From an uncultured virus (IMG/VR IMGVR_UViG_3300027396_000015) (Duplodnaviria; Heunggongvirae; Uroviricota; Caudoviricetes): a DNA stretch of 64,000 bases. Below the pieces are notes generated by a model. That model saw nothing but the letters and a program-made list of their open reading frames with translations. It did no database searches and was not told the origin of the DNA. The stretch lies in IMG/VR virus record IMGVR_UViG_3300027396_000015. One strand, 5' to 3'. Shown here piece after piece: positions 28,094-41,800 of this stretch (the stretch's first letter is position 1; every line of letters starts with the position of its first letter). The position numbers were made by a program, and so were the translations under genes.

Positions 28094-29941
28094 TTAATAA
28101 GGTGCATTGATATCGCTCTCAAATCCCCATTGTCCTGGAGTAGGTGTTAAACCACCGCCCATAACAAATAATTTATCCTGTCTAACTACGCTAATTGACA
28201 CGCTAGGACCAGTAATAGTTTGTCCTACTGCTAGGTCGCTTACAACTGCTTGATTTTCTGAACCGCCTGCTTTATCAACTAAAATAGTCTGGAACTCTAC
28301 GCCCACTGTAGGACTGTATGTAATATTTCCTGAAGACGCTGATAGTGTAGTTGCATGTAAACGAAGTCTAGTACCGTCTTTGGCTACACCTTCTGGCGCT
28401 GTTATTGGATCATAATACGGAGCAATAGTATCTAAAATTGTAGCAATTTGGTTGTTTGATAATCCAGTTACGTCCATGCTCATAGAAAGACCGCGGTCAA
28501 ACACACGAGCATCTGTATAATTTTTAGTAGCCGCATCCTGTTCATCTACAGGATCTGCTAGGTCAACAATTCTTTTACTGCTAATTGCAACGTTATCTGC
28601 AGGATTTAAAATTAAATTATTTGCAGAGGTACTAATAGTTGTATTATTGATATAGGTAGCATCATCAACGTTAAGAGTTTGTAGTGCTCCTAATGTTTGT
28701 AAACTAGAATATAACACACCTGCGCCCAGGGTATTGTTAGACAGTACAGAAACATTGTTAACTCTATAAGAGTTTCCTGTTGTTAAATTCCAATTAAGAT
28801 TAGAACTCCAACTTACAGTTGCTAAATCATACAAGATACTTTTATCAGTAGTTCCTTGTAATATAATACCACCGCCATCGGCTGACGAATCTGTAGGTGT
28901 GCTAAGTGTTTTACCTAAAACTATGTTTTTATCTTCAACTTCAAGTACTGTAGTGTTTAATGTTACAGTATCTCCTCCAACAAATAAGTCCCCTGCAACT
29001 TTTAAATTGCCGTTGATGTCCATAGTCGATGTTGGAATTTCTTGGAAAATACCAACTCTTGAATTCACTGAATCTATAGTAATGGCTTCAATAGTACCTG
29101 TTGGTGATTTAATTTTAATACCAATATCTTGTCCTGTAAGTTTGTGCTCAATGGTAAATTTTCCGCCATCAACTTTTAAATCAACGTCTTCTGAAGAACC
29201 TATGATTAACCCTGCATCTGATTGTAGTGTTAAACTACCAACAATAACCTGATCTTCGTCGTTATAGACAATTTGTTCTGCTGATTTTAAATCACCTACT
29301 GCTGTTAAAATATTTTCAGCACGAGTCACAATAGCATCAAATTTCATGTCTGTTAACGAACCAGCATTAAATCCAACTTGAATATCTTTGATTCCTTCTG
29401 CATATCCAACAATTGGCTGTGCAGGTGTAAATGCATCTTTACTAAACAACCCTAGTAAAGTGCTGGCCACATATAATTTTGCAACTGTATGGCCTCTATT
29501 AAAGTTGTCCAGTACTGTTTCTACTACAAATCCTGTAGTACCTTGAATATTGTTGTATATAGGACCAGCAAGTGTTAAGTCAGTGCCATCATAAAACCAT
29601 AACTGATTAGTTTCATTGTTGATCCACAAATCTCCTGCAACTAAATTAGTTGGTTCTCTGTTACTAACAATAGGACCACCGGCTGCTCTAAAGTCGCTGC
29701 CGTCATATACATTTAATCTTCCACTACCAGTATCGTACCACAACTGCCCTTTTAATGCCGATTCTGGTGCGCTAGAACTAGCAAAGTTTTCTAGCAACTT
29801 TACCAAGTTCTCATTGTATGCTTCTCCAAATGCTGTAACGTTTTTACCAATTAACGTTAGTGATGTTGTGCTGGTATCAAACGTACCGTCTGGGATATCT
29901 GTTAATTGATTGCCGTCAGTTTTGTTAATTCTATATGTCAT
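28094..29941 (-). CDS. Tail fibre-like structural protein
   Basis: N-terminus paralogous to neighbours (LIGKN..FGE..NEN..LLENFA..GQLWYD); DAATKNY motif. Confidence 0.7.
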   Translation of the reverse strand: MTYRINKTDGNQLTDIPDGTFDTSTTSLTLIGKNVTAFGEAYNENLVKLLENFASSSAPESALKGQLWYDTGSGRLNVYDGSDFRAAGGPIVSNREPTNLVAGDLWINNETNQLWFYDGTDLTLAGPIYNNIQGTTGFVVETVLDNFNRGHTVAKLYVASTLLGLFSKDAFTPAQPIVGYAEGIKDIQVGFNAGSLTDMKFDAIVTRAENILTAVGDLKSAEQIVYNDEDQVIVGSLTLQSDAGLIIGSSEDVDLKVDGGKFTIEHKLTGQDIGIKIKSPTGTIEAITIDSVNSRVGIFQEIPTSTMDINGNLKVAGDLFVGGDTVTLNTTVLEVEDKNIVLGKTLSTPTDSSADGGGIILQGTTDKSILYDLATVSWSSNLNWNLTTGNSYRVNNVSVLSNNTLGAGVLYSSLQTLGALQTLNVDDATYINNTTISTSANNLILNPADNVAISSKRIVDLADPVDEQDAATKNYTDARVFDRGLSMSMDVTGLSNNQIATILDTIAPYYDPITAPEGVAKDGTRLRLHATTLSASSGNITYSPTVGVEFQTILVDKAGGSENQAVVSDLAVGQTITGPSVSISVVRQDKLFVMGGGLTPTPGQWGFESDINAPY

Positions 29942-32250
29942 AGTACGTTTCGTCCAGTATTAATAATGTAGTTCAATGTTAAGTATGGATTCATAACATT
30001 GAATTGTGATTGTATAGATTCGCCGCCAGCAGTTTTTGGATATCCTAAAATGCCACCAGAGTCTGACATGTATTGTCCTCGGGCTGTAGTAGTAGAACCT
30101 TCTCCGCTAATAGCATTAGTATCAGTTGGATCTCCTGGAACGTTTCTAAACGCATAGTATTTGTTTTCATCGTCGCCGATTAAATCGTGTACGTGATCTG
30201 GTATTTCAGAAGTGTCAATTAACTTCTTCTCAACGCCGCCGCCTTGGCCAACAATATCAGCAGTTGCATCTGTTACTCTATTTGCGGCGCCGCCGCCTGT
30301 GCTAATTTGCTGTGTTGGATCTAATTTGCTTGGAACTGTAATACCATTATTCATACTATCCATAGCAAGAGCCATTCTGCCTCGCATATCTGGAAGTTTG
30401 AAAGTACCAAGTCCTAATAATGTAGTAATGTCGCCGAACTGATATCCTATGATATCAAACAATTCTGGGTAGCTCGATATTAATACTTCTGAACCGTCGC
30501 AGAATAGCCATCCTGTAGGTGCAACTAAACCAGCAAATGGTAGCACTACTCCGCAAGGTGTTACAGGTATTGCTGTCCACAGACTTTGTTTTGTAATCTT
30601 TTTAAGACCTTCTGCTCCACGCTGTACAACAAATTCATCACCTTCTTGAATACTTGTAACTTCTGGTTTATCTGCAATAAAGGTTTCGCTTAATTGTGTG
30701 TAAAAACGTTTTCTATTTCCTGATAACCCAAATCTTGAAACAGCACCTGCCGATGTTTGTGGGCCAGTTTGTGTACTAGCATACTTAACATAGTCTAGTC
30801 CACCGTCTGTAACTGTGTAAGTTCCGCGATATCCTGTTGGAGCAACACCAGATACTACAATAGTAGATCCTGTTGGATACGGAGCAACTGTCTGTGCCAC
30901 AAATGTCAATGTTGCTTCTGTGCCTGTACCTGATGCTGTTAGAGTATTAAGTGTCGGAGTACCTGTTTGTCCATCAAATTCAACTTCGTTAGATGTAATG
31001 TCACCGTCTAAGTCAAAGATTGTTGGAGATGCTAGTTTAGTAGACGATCCGCTGGCATTACCAGTTAACGAACCAAACACGTTTCCATAAAATTCACCGT
31101 CAAAGCGTGAACTCCAAATTCTTTGAAACTTTTTATCTACAGTACCAATATCTGCACCTAAGTTTACGTCTGGTAAAATAACACCAGATACTGTTACTGT
31201 ATTTGTATTGTCTGTACCAAACGATACATCACCTGCAATATCTAATGCGCCTGTTACTGTAAGTCCGCCGCCAAATGTAGCACTACCGTCTGCGGTAATG
31301 TTACCGGATGCGTTAAAGTCTCCGCCTACATCTAAGTCAGTCTGTGGGTTAATATTATTAATACCAACACGCTCTGAACTGTCAACACGAACAACTGTAC
31401 GGATAGCACCGTTGTTGTTCATACGAATATCTAAGTTACTACCAGATGTTTTGTGAAAAATTACACCTGCGGCACCGTCAATACCTAAATTTAACTGAGT
31501 ATCTTCACCGATTGCAATACCGCCTGCATTTCTAACGTTGATTGGAAATGTTGTATTACTAGTTGCATCGCCTCTTAGGAAGTTTGATGCAGAAACTGTA
31601 GTGGTACCTACTAACAGCGCCGCTGCCTTTTCAGCAGTACCCCAATATGTATTGTAGTTAGAGTTTAAATTAACACCTGCTTTGATTGTTTGAAAGCCTG
31701 TGATTAAAGTTTTTGGTGTAAACGCTGTTTTACTAATAATACAAACACGCTCACCATTAATATAGTTAGAAACCACTGGCTGAGCGTTGCTTAATGTGTC
31801 TTCGATAAACTCTGGTTCAGCACCAGTACGAGCACCTTCACTAAATCTTGGACCAACTAAGATCCAACCTGAACCTGTGTATAGGTATAATTGTTGTGTA
31901 TCGGTGTTTACCCATAGGTCTCCTGGTAAACTAGTTGCCAATTCTGGCTCAACGTTGCCTTTCTTTAAACCGCCAGCACTAGACCAACTAGTACCGTCCC
32001 ACACTTTTAGTTGGTTAACACCAGCAGTATTATCGTACCATAATTGTCCTTCTATTGGATTTGTTGGTGCGCTGTCGTTAGCAAAATTTTCTAATAAGTG
32101 TAAAAAGTTTTCTGCAATAATTGTGCCATAACCAGTAACATTACGACCTGGAAATTGTAACGATGTTGAATCATTAATGGTATTATCTTCTACCGTTAAT
32201 GCTGGTTTGTCTAAATTTGTTGAATCTGTATATCTAACTTGGTATGACAT
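29938..32250 (-). CDS. Tail fibre protein with tail-collar domain
   Basis: C-terminal PCGVVLPFAG..APTGWLFCDG..YPELFDIIG..FKLPDMRGR..HVH..NPYLTLNYII (phage tail collar). Confidence 0.82.
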   Translation of the reverse strand: MSYQVRYTDSTNLDKPALTVEDNTINDSTSLQFPGRNVTGYGTIIAENFLHLLENFANDSAPTNPIEGQLWYDNTAGVNQLKVWDGTSWSSAGGLKKGNVEPELATSLPGDLWVNTDTQQLYLYTGSGWILVGPRFSEGARTGAEPEFIEDTLSNAQPVVSNYINGERVCIISKTAFTPKTLITGFQTIKAGVNLNSNYNTYWGTAEKAAALLVGTTTVSASNFLRGDATSNTTFPINVRNAGGIAIGEDTQLNLGIDGAAGVIFHKTSGSNLDIRMNNNGAIRTVVRVDSSERVGINNINPQTDLDVGGDFNASGNITADGSATFGGGLTVTGALDIAGDVSFGTDNTNTVTVSGVILPDVNLGADIGTVDKKFQRIWSSRFDGEFYGNVFGSLTGNASGSSTKLASPTIFDLDGDITSNEVEFDGQTGTPTLNTLTASGTGTEATLTFVAQTVAPYPTGSTIVVSGVAPTGYRGTYTVTDGGLDYVKYASTQTGPQTSAGAVSRFGLSGNRKRFYTQLSETFIADKPEVTSIQEGDEFVVQRGAEGLKKITKQSLWTAIPVTPCGVVLPFAGLVAPTGWLFCDGSEVLISSYPELFDIIGYQFGDITTLLGLGTFKLPDMRGRMALAMDSMNNGITVPSKLDPTQQISTGGGAANRVTDATADIVGQGGGVEKKLIDTSEIPDHVHDLIGDDENKYYAFRNVPGDPTDTNAISGEGSTTTARGQYMSDSGGILGYPKTAGGESIQSQFNVMNPYLTLNYIINTGRNVL

Positions 32251-32252
32251 AA

Positions 32253-32867
32253 TTAAGCCTCATTAAAACCGGTTAAGCTCTGTACTCTAACTGTGTAGTC
32301 TATTTGAATTAAACGGTTTAAACTCTTTTGTACAGGGTGGAAGATAACGTGTGTTAGTAAACGACCTGTTCCAGCAGGATCGTAACCTCTTAAACCTAGT
32401 TCATCAAACACATATTCGCCGTCTGTGTACGTGGCGTTGTCAAATGCGTCTTGATTGCTAGGCTCGCCGTAGTCTAATAAACAAGTGATTAAGATGTCTG
32501 TGTAGTTTGTACCAGTAACATGACGTGTTTCTATCTTATTTCTAGTTGGATCTAAATTATTTGTGCTTCTATCATCAACTACTTTAGTGTATGTTTCGTT
32601 GTATAAACTGGCATTAGACCCTGTGCTGTTAGGAGTAAGGTATGTAATAACTCCTGTTGGGTCCACCGAAGTGCCGCCATTGCCAAACACCATCTCATAT
32701 ATAAACCCTTTGCCTGCGTTTGCAAGACTTTCTGCCAGGGCTATACTCATATTTTCGTAGTGAATAGCGTTTTTCTTATCAATAAAGACTTCCTTAGTAG
32801 TTGGATCAAATATTTTTATATGTCCTTGTACTCGGATTCCTGAATTTTCGTTTGGTTTTGTTGTCAT
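32253..32867 (-). CDS. Baseplate/tail structural protein
   Basis: 204 aa, GHIKIFD..NAIH..FGNGG..FDELGL..LLTHVIFHPVQKS..IDYTVR; in structural operon. Confidence 0.6.
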   Translation of the reverse strand: MTTKPNENSGIRVQGHIKIFDPTTKEVFIDKKNAIHYENMSIALAESLANAGKGFIYEMVFGNGGTSVDPTGVITYLTPNSTGSNASLYNETYTKVVDDRSTNNLDPTRNKIETRHVTGTNYTDILITCLLDYGEPSNQDAFDNATYTDGEYVFDELGLRGYDPAGTGRLLTHVIFHPVQKSLNRLIQIDYTVRVQSLTGFNEA

Positions 32868-32888
32868 GTTAAAATCACCTGTATTCTA

Positions 32889-32896
32889 TATTTATC
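32889..32896 (-). promoter_or_regulatory. T4-like late promoter box
   Basis: GATAAATA overlapping the stop of the giant gene. Confidence 0.55.
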
Positions 32897-35800
32897 GAGG
32901 CAAATTCGCAGTCTTTGCACGAACGAATTTTGCTTGGTCAGTTTGTGCATCAACAAGGCTCTGACCTTGTGCTACCCACGCTTGACCCACTTTCTTCTGT
33001 ACAATAACTTTTGCGCCATTTGTTGGAGGCTCTGTTAAACGTACATAAGCACCCACATTCTTGTTTACTGCAAATTCTGCTTGTAATTGTTTGTCACCAC
33101 TTGGGCTATCTGGGCCTAAACTTTCGTCCCATACTGATGTTGGATTTTTACGCAAGCGGCGGCCTGCTACAAACACTTCAATATCCAAACCTTCCCAGTA
33201 TTCTAAAGGAATACTTGTATAGTCTAATACTGTACCTGTGCCTGAACCCACTGCTGTTGCTATAAATTCTGTACCAATTGTGTTAGAACTTGCGCCGATA
33301 CTCATGTAATCTGTTGTACCAATGGTTTTAATCTTATAACCTCTTCCTACTTGAATATTTGCCACACTAATTTCGGCAGTTTCCTTATACCACTCACCAG
33401 TTTCTGCTGGGTTTCTTGTGGTAATAGTATTAACTATTGGGCTAAACGGTAACAAGATTTGTACATATTTTATAGCCGCTGGTGCTACGTAACTAGTTTG
33501 TGCCACTGTAACTGGTCCAACACTAAACGACGGATTTACTATTACTAAATCGTACGCACCAACTACTTCTGCTTGACTGATAAATGTCAATTCAGTACTA
33601 CTTACATAAGTAGTGTTGCACTTAGCTCTCATATGAGAACCGGTCATTTCGCCAGTACTTACTGATAATGACACCGGACTGCCGTTTACTGTTTCGCTAA
33701 CTGTAATATAATATTCTTCTGTAACTACATCCTGTCCATAAGTTAAAATATAATAAGAAATAGAAGAATCAATACCGCCAAAAACTGCGCCGCTGAATAC
33801 AACTTCCTTGCCTACAAATAATCTATCGATGTTGCTAACAATTATTTCATTGGCAGAATTAACTTCTGTGGCTACAAATGTTGTTTTTAGTGTAGGGTCA
33901 CCGATAACAACTTCAACGTTTTCCTTGAATCCAGTTCCTTTTACAGTCACAACTTGTCCGCCTAATGGGAACGCTGTAGTATTGTTAAAATTATACTTGA
34001 CTGAAGTAACATTGATACCAAAACTGTTTTCATATATTTCAGATGCCTGTGAGTATCCGCCAGCAACTAAAACAACAGTTTCTGTTTCATCTTTATAAGG
34101 AACAGTTTGGTTTGTACTTGCATCAAGTACTGCTGTTCCTACTGGATGCACTTCAGGAACTCCAGTTCCTAGTGTACCTCTGCGTAGATATTTTAATGTA
34201 TTTCCATCTTTTTCAAGATATTCTATACGCTCTTTATCAATTAGAACAATACCTGCTTGATTCTGACTACGCAATGGTTCAACTAAGCCGCTGGCATCTT
34301 CTAACACAATAGTTGTATCATAATAATTTAATGGCTGTGCTAATACTGCCGATGCTTCAGAATCTAATCTCTTATAGATTGTTCTGTTTAACATATCTTT
34401 GAATATTCTATAACCAAAAGGTCTACCAGTAGTTACATCGCTACTGAATACAATAAGGTCTATTACATCTGTAGATGTTAACACTCTGTTTCTATCAATT
34501 TGAATATAAGTTAAATTATCTTCTAAGATATAATCGATTTCAGGAGTTAACAATTCTCCGTTCAATGCTAACCAAATATACTGTGCGCCCAACGCAGGGT
34601 TTCTAAGTTGGATGCGTCCTGCTAATAATTGATTTAATCTATAGTAGTCGGTAGTTCCTACAGTCACAATACTTGCAGATGTAATATAATCACTATTACG
34701 TTCGATATCTAAAATATCGTGATTAGTAAATGTAGTAACTGCAAATTTATCGTTAACCGAGTAACTATCTACTAAGCGCAATTGAGCACCTGTTGAGTCT
34801 TCGTCAATGTAGTATTCTGCATTTTCTAAAATTACCAATGCAATTTTATCGCCAACTTTAGCAACTCCACGCTTAATTGTTAACTGATTGCTAGATGACT
34901 TCCAAGTAAATTGTCTTGAAATTGCTAGTTCGGTGCCGTTTAAGAAAACTCTAACCTTGTTTGCATCAATGGTATTAATAGCATAGTCAACTGTGCTTAC
35001 TGTGTAAGTACGAACTGTTCCTACGACATCAAAATAAACAGTATCTGCCGGACGTAAAATTCTTCCAGCATATTCAACTAATACGTTATTATCAAACGGA
35101 CGTAAGTTGGCCGGTGTATTTGTTAAACTATACACCTGACTTGTGCCGTCATAAACAACAGTTTCTGTTGAAACACGACTTACTGTGTTTAATGCTGTAC
35201 CAATAATCGTGTAGTCGATAATTGCCGTATTGACTGGTGCTGTAGCAAATCTAATTCCAATGTTTCCAACTTCGCTGTAAGTATTATCTGTTACAAATGT
35301 TGTTACTGTGGCTGGTACACCGTTAACAGTAACTAGTGCAGAATAATCTCCATCCCAACGTGCTACTGTTACAAAATCTACAGAAACACCATCGCCAGTA
35401 AATGAATCGGAATCAAGAATGCTTGTACCGTTTTTGCTCATAGAAGTAATCACAACTTCACTGCCCACAGGCAAGTTAGTTGGGAACACAACTTTTTGCA
35501 TAGCGTAATTTAGTGTATAATCTACATCTTGCTTTTTAATTAATCCGTTTAATTTAACAACTGCCGCTTGAGTGCTGTTTGGACGCTGTCCAATTAAGAA
35601 CTCGTTTTCTGGCTCTGTTGTTATATAATGTCTTGTGACAATAATAGGTGTACCGTCTTCTACAGTATGGTAGACTGTAATTGCTACAGAGTCTACAACC
35701 TGTCCCGTAACTACTTCTTCCGGTGCATGGCTGTTAGTTGGTGTTACAAAATTGTCGCCGTCAAGATTGATGTCTTCTGCACGAATGCCTCGGGCAGTAG

Positions 35801-38800
35801 TATATGTAAAATCTCCGCCGCTGATTTCAGAGTCTAAATATTGCTGGTTTGGTCTAAAACTACCATCGCTGGTACTCTTACGGAAGATAATAGTATCTCC
35901 GCTGTTTACATCTACGTATGCAGGAATGACTATAGGAGTATCAGTGCTTCCGTCTCCTACAAATGTCTGCATCTGTGCATCTGGATTTGTAATTTCATCG
36001 GTTGCATTTAATGTTGCTAACTTTGCGGCAACATCAAGAGTTTTGTTAGCCACTTGTACTTGTTTGGCTGTTAGTAATGCTTCTGCATCGTCTAGTTCGC
36101 CTTGGGCAATGGTCAAGTCTGAAATTAACTGTGTTTCCTGTGCTTGATTTTCTGCCAATGTAGTTTGTAAAGCAAAGTATAAAGGATCGCTTGGGGAGGT
36201 AATTTCTAACTGTGCTTGTAAGTCAGCAATAACTGCCTGTGTATCAATAAGCTCTTGTGTTAGAGAATTAACTGTTATTTCTTTAGCGTCTTTATCTGCT
36301 TGTAGAGCAATCTCTTCAGCAGTATAAACTTCTAATAATGCGGCTGCGGTATTATATGCAGTTTCGGCACTGGTGTAAACGTCATAATTAATGTCATCAA
36401 TTCTTACACCATTAATATAAACGTTAATCTGTTCTCCATCTGCAGGAATATATGGCAGATTATAAGAACGTGTTGTACCATCTGATACAACTAAAAAGTC
36501 TGTATAATCTTCATCGAAGTCGTCCCAGCCAGCAGTAAACCATGGAAGTCCGTCCCAACCAGAACTTATTTCAAATCCTAGCCCTGTAATTTCAACGCCG
36601 CCGTAGTCAACTCCAGACATTAACTGTCCTAGGTCTTTACCAATCTGTCCTGTTATTGGACTATAGTAATATTGAATTCTATCTGCGGCTGTAAGAAGTC
36701 TTATATCTTTAGTATAAGTTACAGTAATATTAGAACTGCCAACTTCTGCCGCAGTAGATAACTCTAATATACCAATATAACGTGTATATCCTAACGAAGT
36801 ATCTTTCTTATTATAAACTGTAAAATCACTAGACAATAATTCTTCGTTAGATACTGTTACCGCAGTCTTGTTTGTTCTAATATCAATAGGCCAGTTTAAC
36901 TGGAACAATGTTCTAGATCCTGTACCATCGAATGTCTGCGACATTGTAATAGAACTTACTTGATACTCCGGAATAATTCTGTCAAATTTAACACCAATGG
37001 TGTTTGTTCTTGTAACGCCTTCTCCAAGAATTGCTGTAGCCTTGGCTGTTACTCCGCTTGCGCCAACTGATCCGCTAATAACTATAGTAGGTGTAGTTAG
37101 GTAACCTTCTCCTTTAGTTTCTACTGCAATCTTTGTTACTGATCCTTGTGAAATATACGCTTTAGCAGTGGCTTTAGTTTTGCACACACCAACTACTTCA
37201 ACAGCAGGTGCGGCTTGGTATCCTGAGCCACCGTCAACAACAACAATTTCTGTAACACGATATCCAGCATGATCTAACCAATCACTGTATGGTGCATTTA
37301 ATATTGCAGATGAGTTATATGTAATTACAGAATTATTGACTTTTACATCAAACGGAAGAATTTTTCCTTCTTCAGTATCATAACGTGCTGGAAGGTCAAA
37401 GTCTGTAGTTCCTGTATATGTATTATCAGTTGCTGTGTAATTGCTGATAAATTCTCTAACTTTAGTTCTGTAAGGTTTTACTTCATTAATGTATTCTTCG
37501 TAACTAGCAAGATTGTCATTTTTATAATTAACTTTTTGTTTTAATTCGCCAAGGTTGTGTTGACTCTTAACGAACGAAGTCTTAAATGCCCAATCAACAA
37601 ATGTTTGTTCTGAGAATACGTAACGCAGACTTGCAAAGAATAACTTATTATACTCTACTTCTAAATCGTCTATTAATAAATTATTTTTAATGACATCGAG
37701 AATAATTCTTAATTCTTCTTTTGGTTCGTCGTCGTATACATCGCCATCATAGGTAAAACTATCAAATCCAATATTACTATTTGTAAACTTGTACAAATTA
37801 CTATTGAATTGGATTGTTCCGTTTTGACGACCTACTGTTGTGTAATTTAAAGAAATGTTATCTGTAACTAGTGTATTAATTCTTTCTAAAAGAATCCAAC
37901 CACCAGATTTTTCATTTTTAATTTTTACTAAATCGCCTACAGCAATATCTATGAAACTCATTTCATATGAGAAGTCAACTAAATGGTCAACTTTAGTAAA
38001 TGCGCTGTAGCCATCGGCATACCAGTCGGCATAATCCCAATGCTTGGTTACATCATAAATTTGAGTTTTTGATCTGAACCAGTCGCCTTTGACACTATCC
38101 CAAATGTATAAACTCCATTTATTAGCCGCTGTTTCATCATTGTTGACTAAAATTGTAAATGGTCTAATATACAATGTAGTAGAATCTAAATAATCTCGGC
38201 CAAAGTTATCAACTGTTACACCAGTAACTTCGCCAATAGTGTTAATCTTTGCTGTTAATTTTACGCCAGTGCCTGCACCATTAACTATAATTTCTGGAGC
38301 AATTTTATATCCACGGCCTGGATTTGTAACTACAACACGTACAATCTTTCCTGCTTCTACTACCGGAACAGCAGTGGCTTGAATAAATCCTGTAGAGCCA
38401 ACAAAACGTATTTGACTTTGACTGTCGATTGCAATATCGTACTTTCCTGATAATTCAGTCGGAGGTTCTTCTTTAGAGTTTAATGCTGTAAAATCAAAGT
38501 CGTCAATAATTGCACGTTGTATTAATACAGAGTTAACACGCTCTATAAATTGTTTTAGAGCTTCAAGTCTGTTAACAAACATACCTTGACGAGGTTTGTT
38601 TAGAATACCGTATTTCAATTTAGCAGGCAATCTAGGATCTGGCACTTCTGCGCCGTTGATATCGTAACCGATTAAACTGTCAAACCATTTCTGTTCAACA
38701 TACTTGTTAAGTTTTTTATTAGTGTTTCCTTCTGCTAATAACTGATAATGTGCATGAATATTGTTTTCAGTATTATTCACTGTCCAGTAACGAACATTTA

Positions 38801-41800
38801 GTGCAACATCTTTGCCTGTGATTAATCCTTTGCAGTTCACTAATGCAAATTGATTTTTACCTAATAAAGTAGCATACTGAATGCCCTGACCTTTAGGATT
38901 GGATATTAAATTTGCAACATCGCTGGCAGACGTTTTTCTAAAGGTAACGTCAGGTACTGTAGTTTTATTTTTAACCCAGAAATAATAAGTGTTGGTAAAT
39001 GTTTTGCTTATAGTATCATATTTTTGTTTAATACTGTATGCAAGGTCGCCGTACTTAGATGTTCCGCTAATACCTAATGCTAGTCCAGTTTCAGTATCTG
39101 CTAACGAATCCCATTCGCTCGGTGTGTATTCAGATTCTACCCATTCGTAGATATCCACAGTGGAATCATTGTAGACATTATTCCAAGTGTTGGCTTTATA
39201 TACAATAGATCCTTGTAGGGGATTAGCAAATTTAATAGTGCTGAGATCCCACCATAATTTACCAACATGAGGTGTTGTCCATCCCATTAGTAAATCTACT
39301 ACTACAGATTCTACACCAACTGTATATATTGCTGGATCGTAGTATGTTTTGAATGTTAATTCTTGTTCAGCGATTCCTAAAATCTTTCCTGTAATTGGAT
39401 CGATAAAATCTAAGTTGGCAACTACGCTGTTTGTTCTTGTATTATATAAGAACAATGATTTAATCTTAGATAAGTTAACACTAGGTTCCGGTTCGCGGAA
39501 CTTAGTCCAAGATTTAGTGCTTCCAGAAAACTCATGGAATGATCCGTTAATCGATGTTTGATCGTTAATATAAATTTTTCTTGCTACAACAAACGCATCG
39601 CCGTAGTTAATTCCAGAAACTGCTGTTGGTTCTAATTCGTCGCCGATTAAGAACTTGGCGTCGTATTTTTCATAAACACGAACACTGCCAGTAAATTCTT
39701 GTTCTTCGATAAATGTAGTTACATTTAAATCAAATGTTGTTTCGCCGGAGTCAATTATTGTTTCAATTGTTTGACTACCACCGTAACTATAAATTACTAA
39801 TCTATCATTGTCTAGATTAAATCTTACTCTATATCCAAATTTTTCACTGTCTTGGTTTAGCGGACTTGTAATAAAATCATCAGCAACGTATGTTGAAGCA
39901 TTTAATTTGAATAGTGCAACTGCTCCTTGATTAGATGCTACGCCTGAATACCCTGGTACACCAACAGCAACAAAAGTTGAATCTTTTGTAATTGCTACAG
40001 ATGTGCCAAAATTACTACCTGTTTCTAAAACTTCTAGTGATGTAAAATCGCTAACATTGATTTCTTGTACTGTTGTAAAGGCTGTTCCTGCTAAACGAAC
40101 AACTAAAACAGATTCGTCATTTTTAGATATTGCTACAATATTGCTCGAACTAATATCTATGTCAGTTATACTAATACCTGTTGGTAGAGTTAGTGTTGCT
40201 AGGAAAGTGTTTGTTGTTAAGTTATACGCAGACACGGCTGCTGGAACTGAAGATCCATTGCCTTTAGAAACAATGTATAATACATTTCCATTTACCTGTA
40301 TCTTCTGTCCAAAATATTGGAACTGTGTTGGTGTAGCACTTTGAATTACTCTTGTAAATTCGTAACTGCCGTAGATATTTTTTGTGTACTGTGCCACATA
40401 ACCAATATCCACTTCTGTAATGATTGGAGGATCTGTTGGTAGAGCACCTGGTTCAGATGTAATACCGTAACGCGGTGCGCCTACAAATAAGTAAGATCCG
40501 TCGGCATTAAAGCATAAACTATCACCGAAACTTCCGTTAGTGTCGGTAAATGTTTCTGTCGATAATGGGAAAATAGAATCCTGGAACGCCCATCCAAATG
40601 TCGATGTAGGTCTGCTGTAGAACAAAACTGCATTTGTTGATGTTGCTGCCAATACTGTTTCTGTGTTATCAACCGCAATAACTTTTCCAAAATAATTTTC
40701 TTCACTAGTGATTTTTGTGCTAGTGTATGTTTTAGCAAACTTCCAGACACTCCAAGCATTGTTGACTCCGTCTGTCCATACTATTTCATTATTTTTCTTA
40801 GCAGAAACAGGCAAGGAATTTAAATCGTTAATTGACGATAGTCGTTGTGGAGTAAATTTAAACAAATTAATGTTTAAAAATAAATTAATTTCTGCAATTG
40901 CCGCAGTATCTAAATTAGCAGGCATGGTTATTTCAAACCAGTTTAAGCCTGTATCTAATACTTGTTTAATGCCTTCTAACGAAGCATTAGTATTATTAAT
41001 TCCAATATAAGATCCAACTTCTATATCTACAGGTAGTTTAGTATTAAGAGTAATTCTTAAGTTAGTACCTTCTGATACACTCTTAACAGACTTAGCGAAA
41101 TTAGTAAATCTATAAACATTCCAAGAACTGTTATCAAATCCTAACCAGAAATATGTACCTTCTACAAGATTTTTAATATTGTAGTTGGCGAATTCATCTT
41201 TAGAAGAAATAATGTAGTCAACGTCTTCATAGTTAACATAGCCCGCAGTTCTAATATATTCTTTCTGAGATGCTAGTACTGGGAACGGCTCGTGTGTATA
41301 GTCGTCAGGTTTTAAGTAAACTTGATCCTGAGTAATTCTATAAACAAAATCGTTCACTCCAAACGGAACTGCATTTACTAATTCAATTGGCTGTGGGTTA
41401 ATTAAGAATTTTTCTTCATTAAGAATATATTCTACTTCCTCGTAGCCACCGCTGGCACCGTATTGTCCTAAGCGAATTGCCCACTCTTCAAAGAATTCTA
41501 AACTATCTGTGTTTGCATAGTTTAGTGCGTCAAACAATTTAGATAAACTGTTTTGTGTACCCTTTTCTTGAATCATACCTTGATAGAACTTGTACTGACT
41601 TACATCATCATTAATAATATTCTCAAGGTATTGGCGCTTTTGATAGCCGATTAAATGTTGAGCAAACTTTTGTTGGTCAACATCAAAACTATCTGTATCT
41701 AAATCATAAAAATCTTCAAACTGTGTAGCACGATAATCCCAGTTAGGAATTAATTTACTTTGTGGTCTTCCATCTAGTCTGTACCAATTATTGTCGTCAA

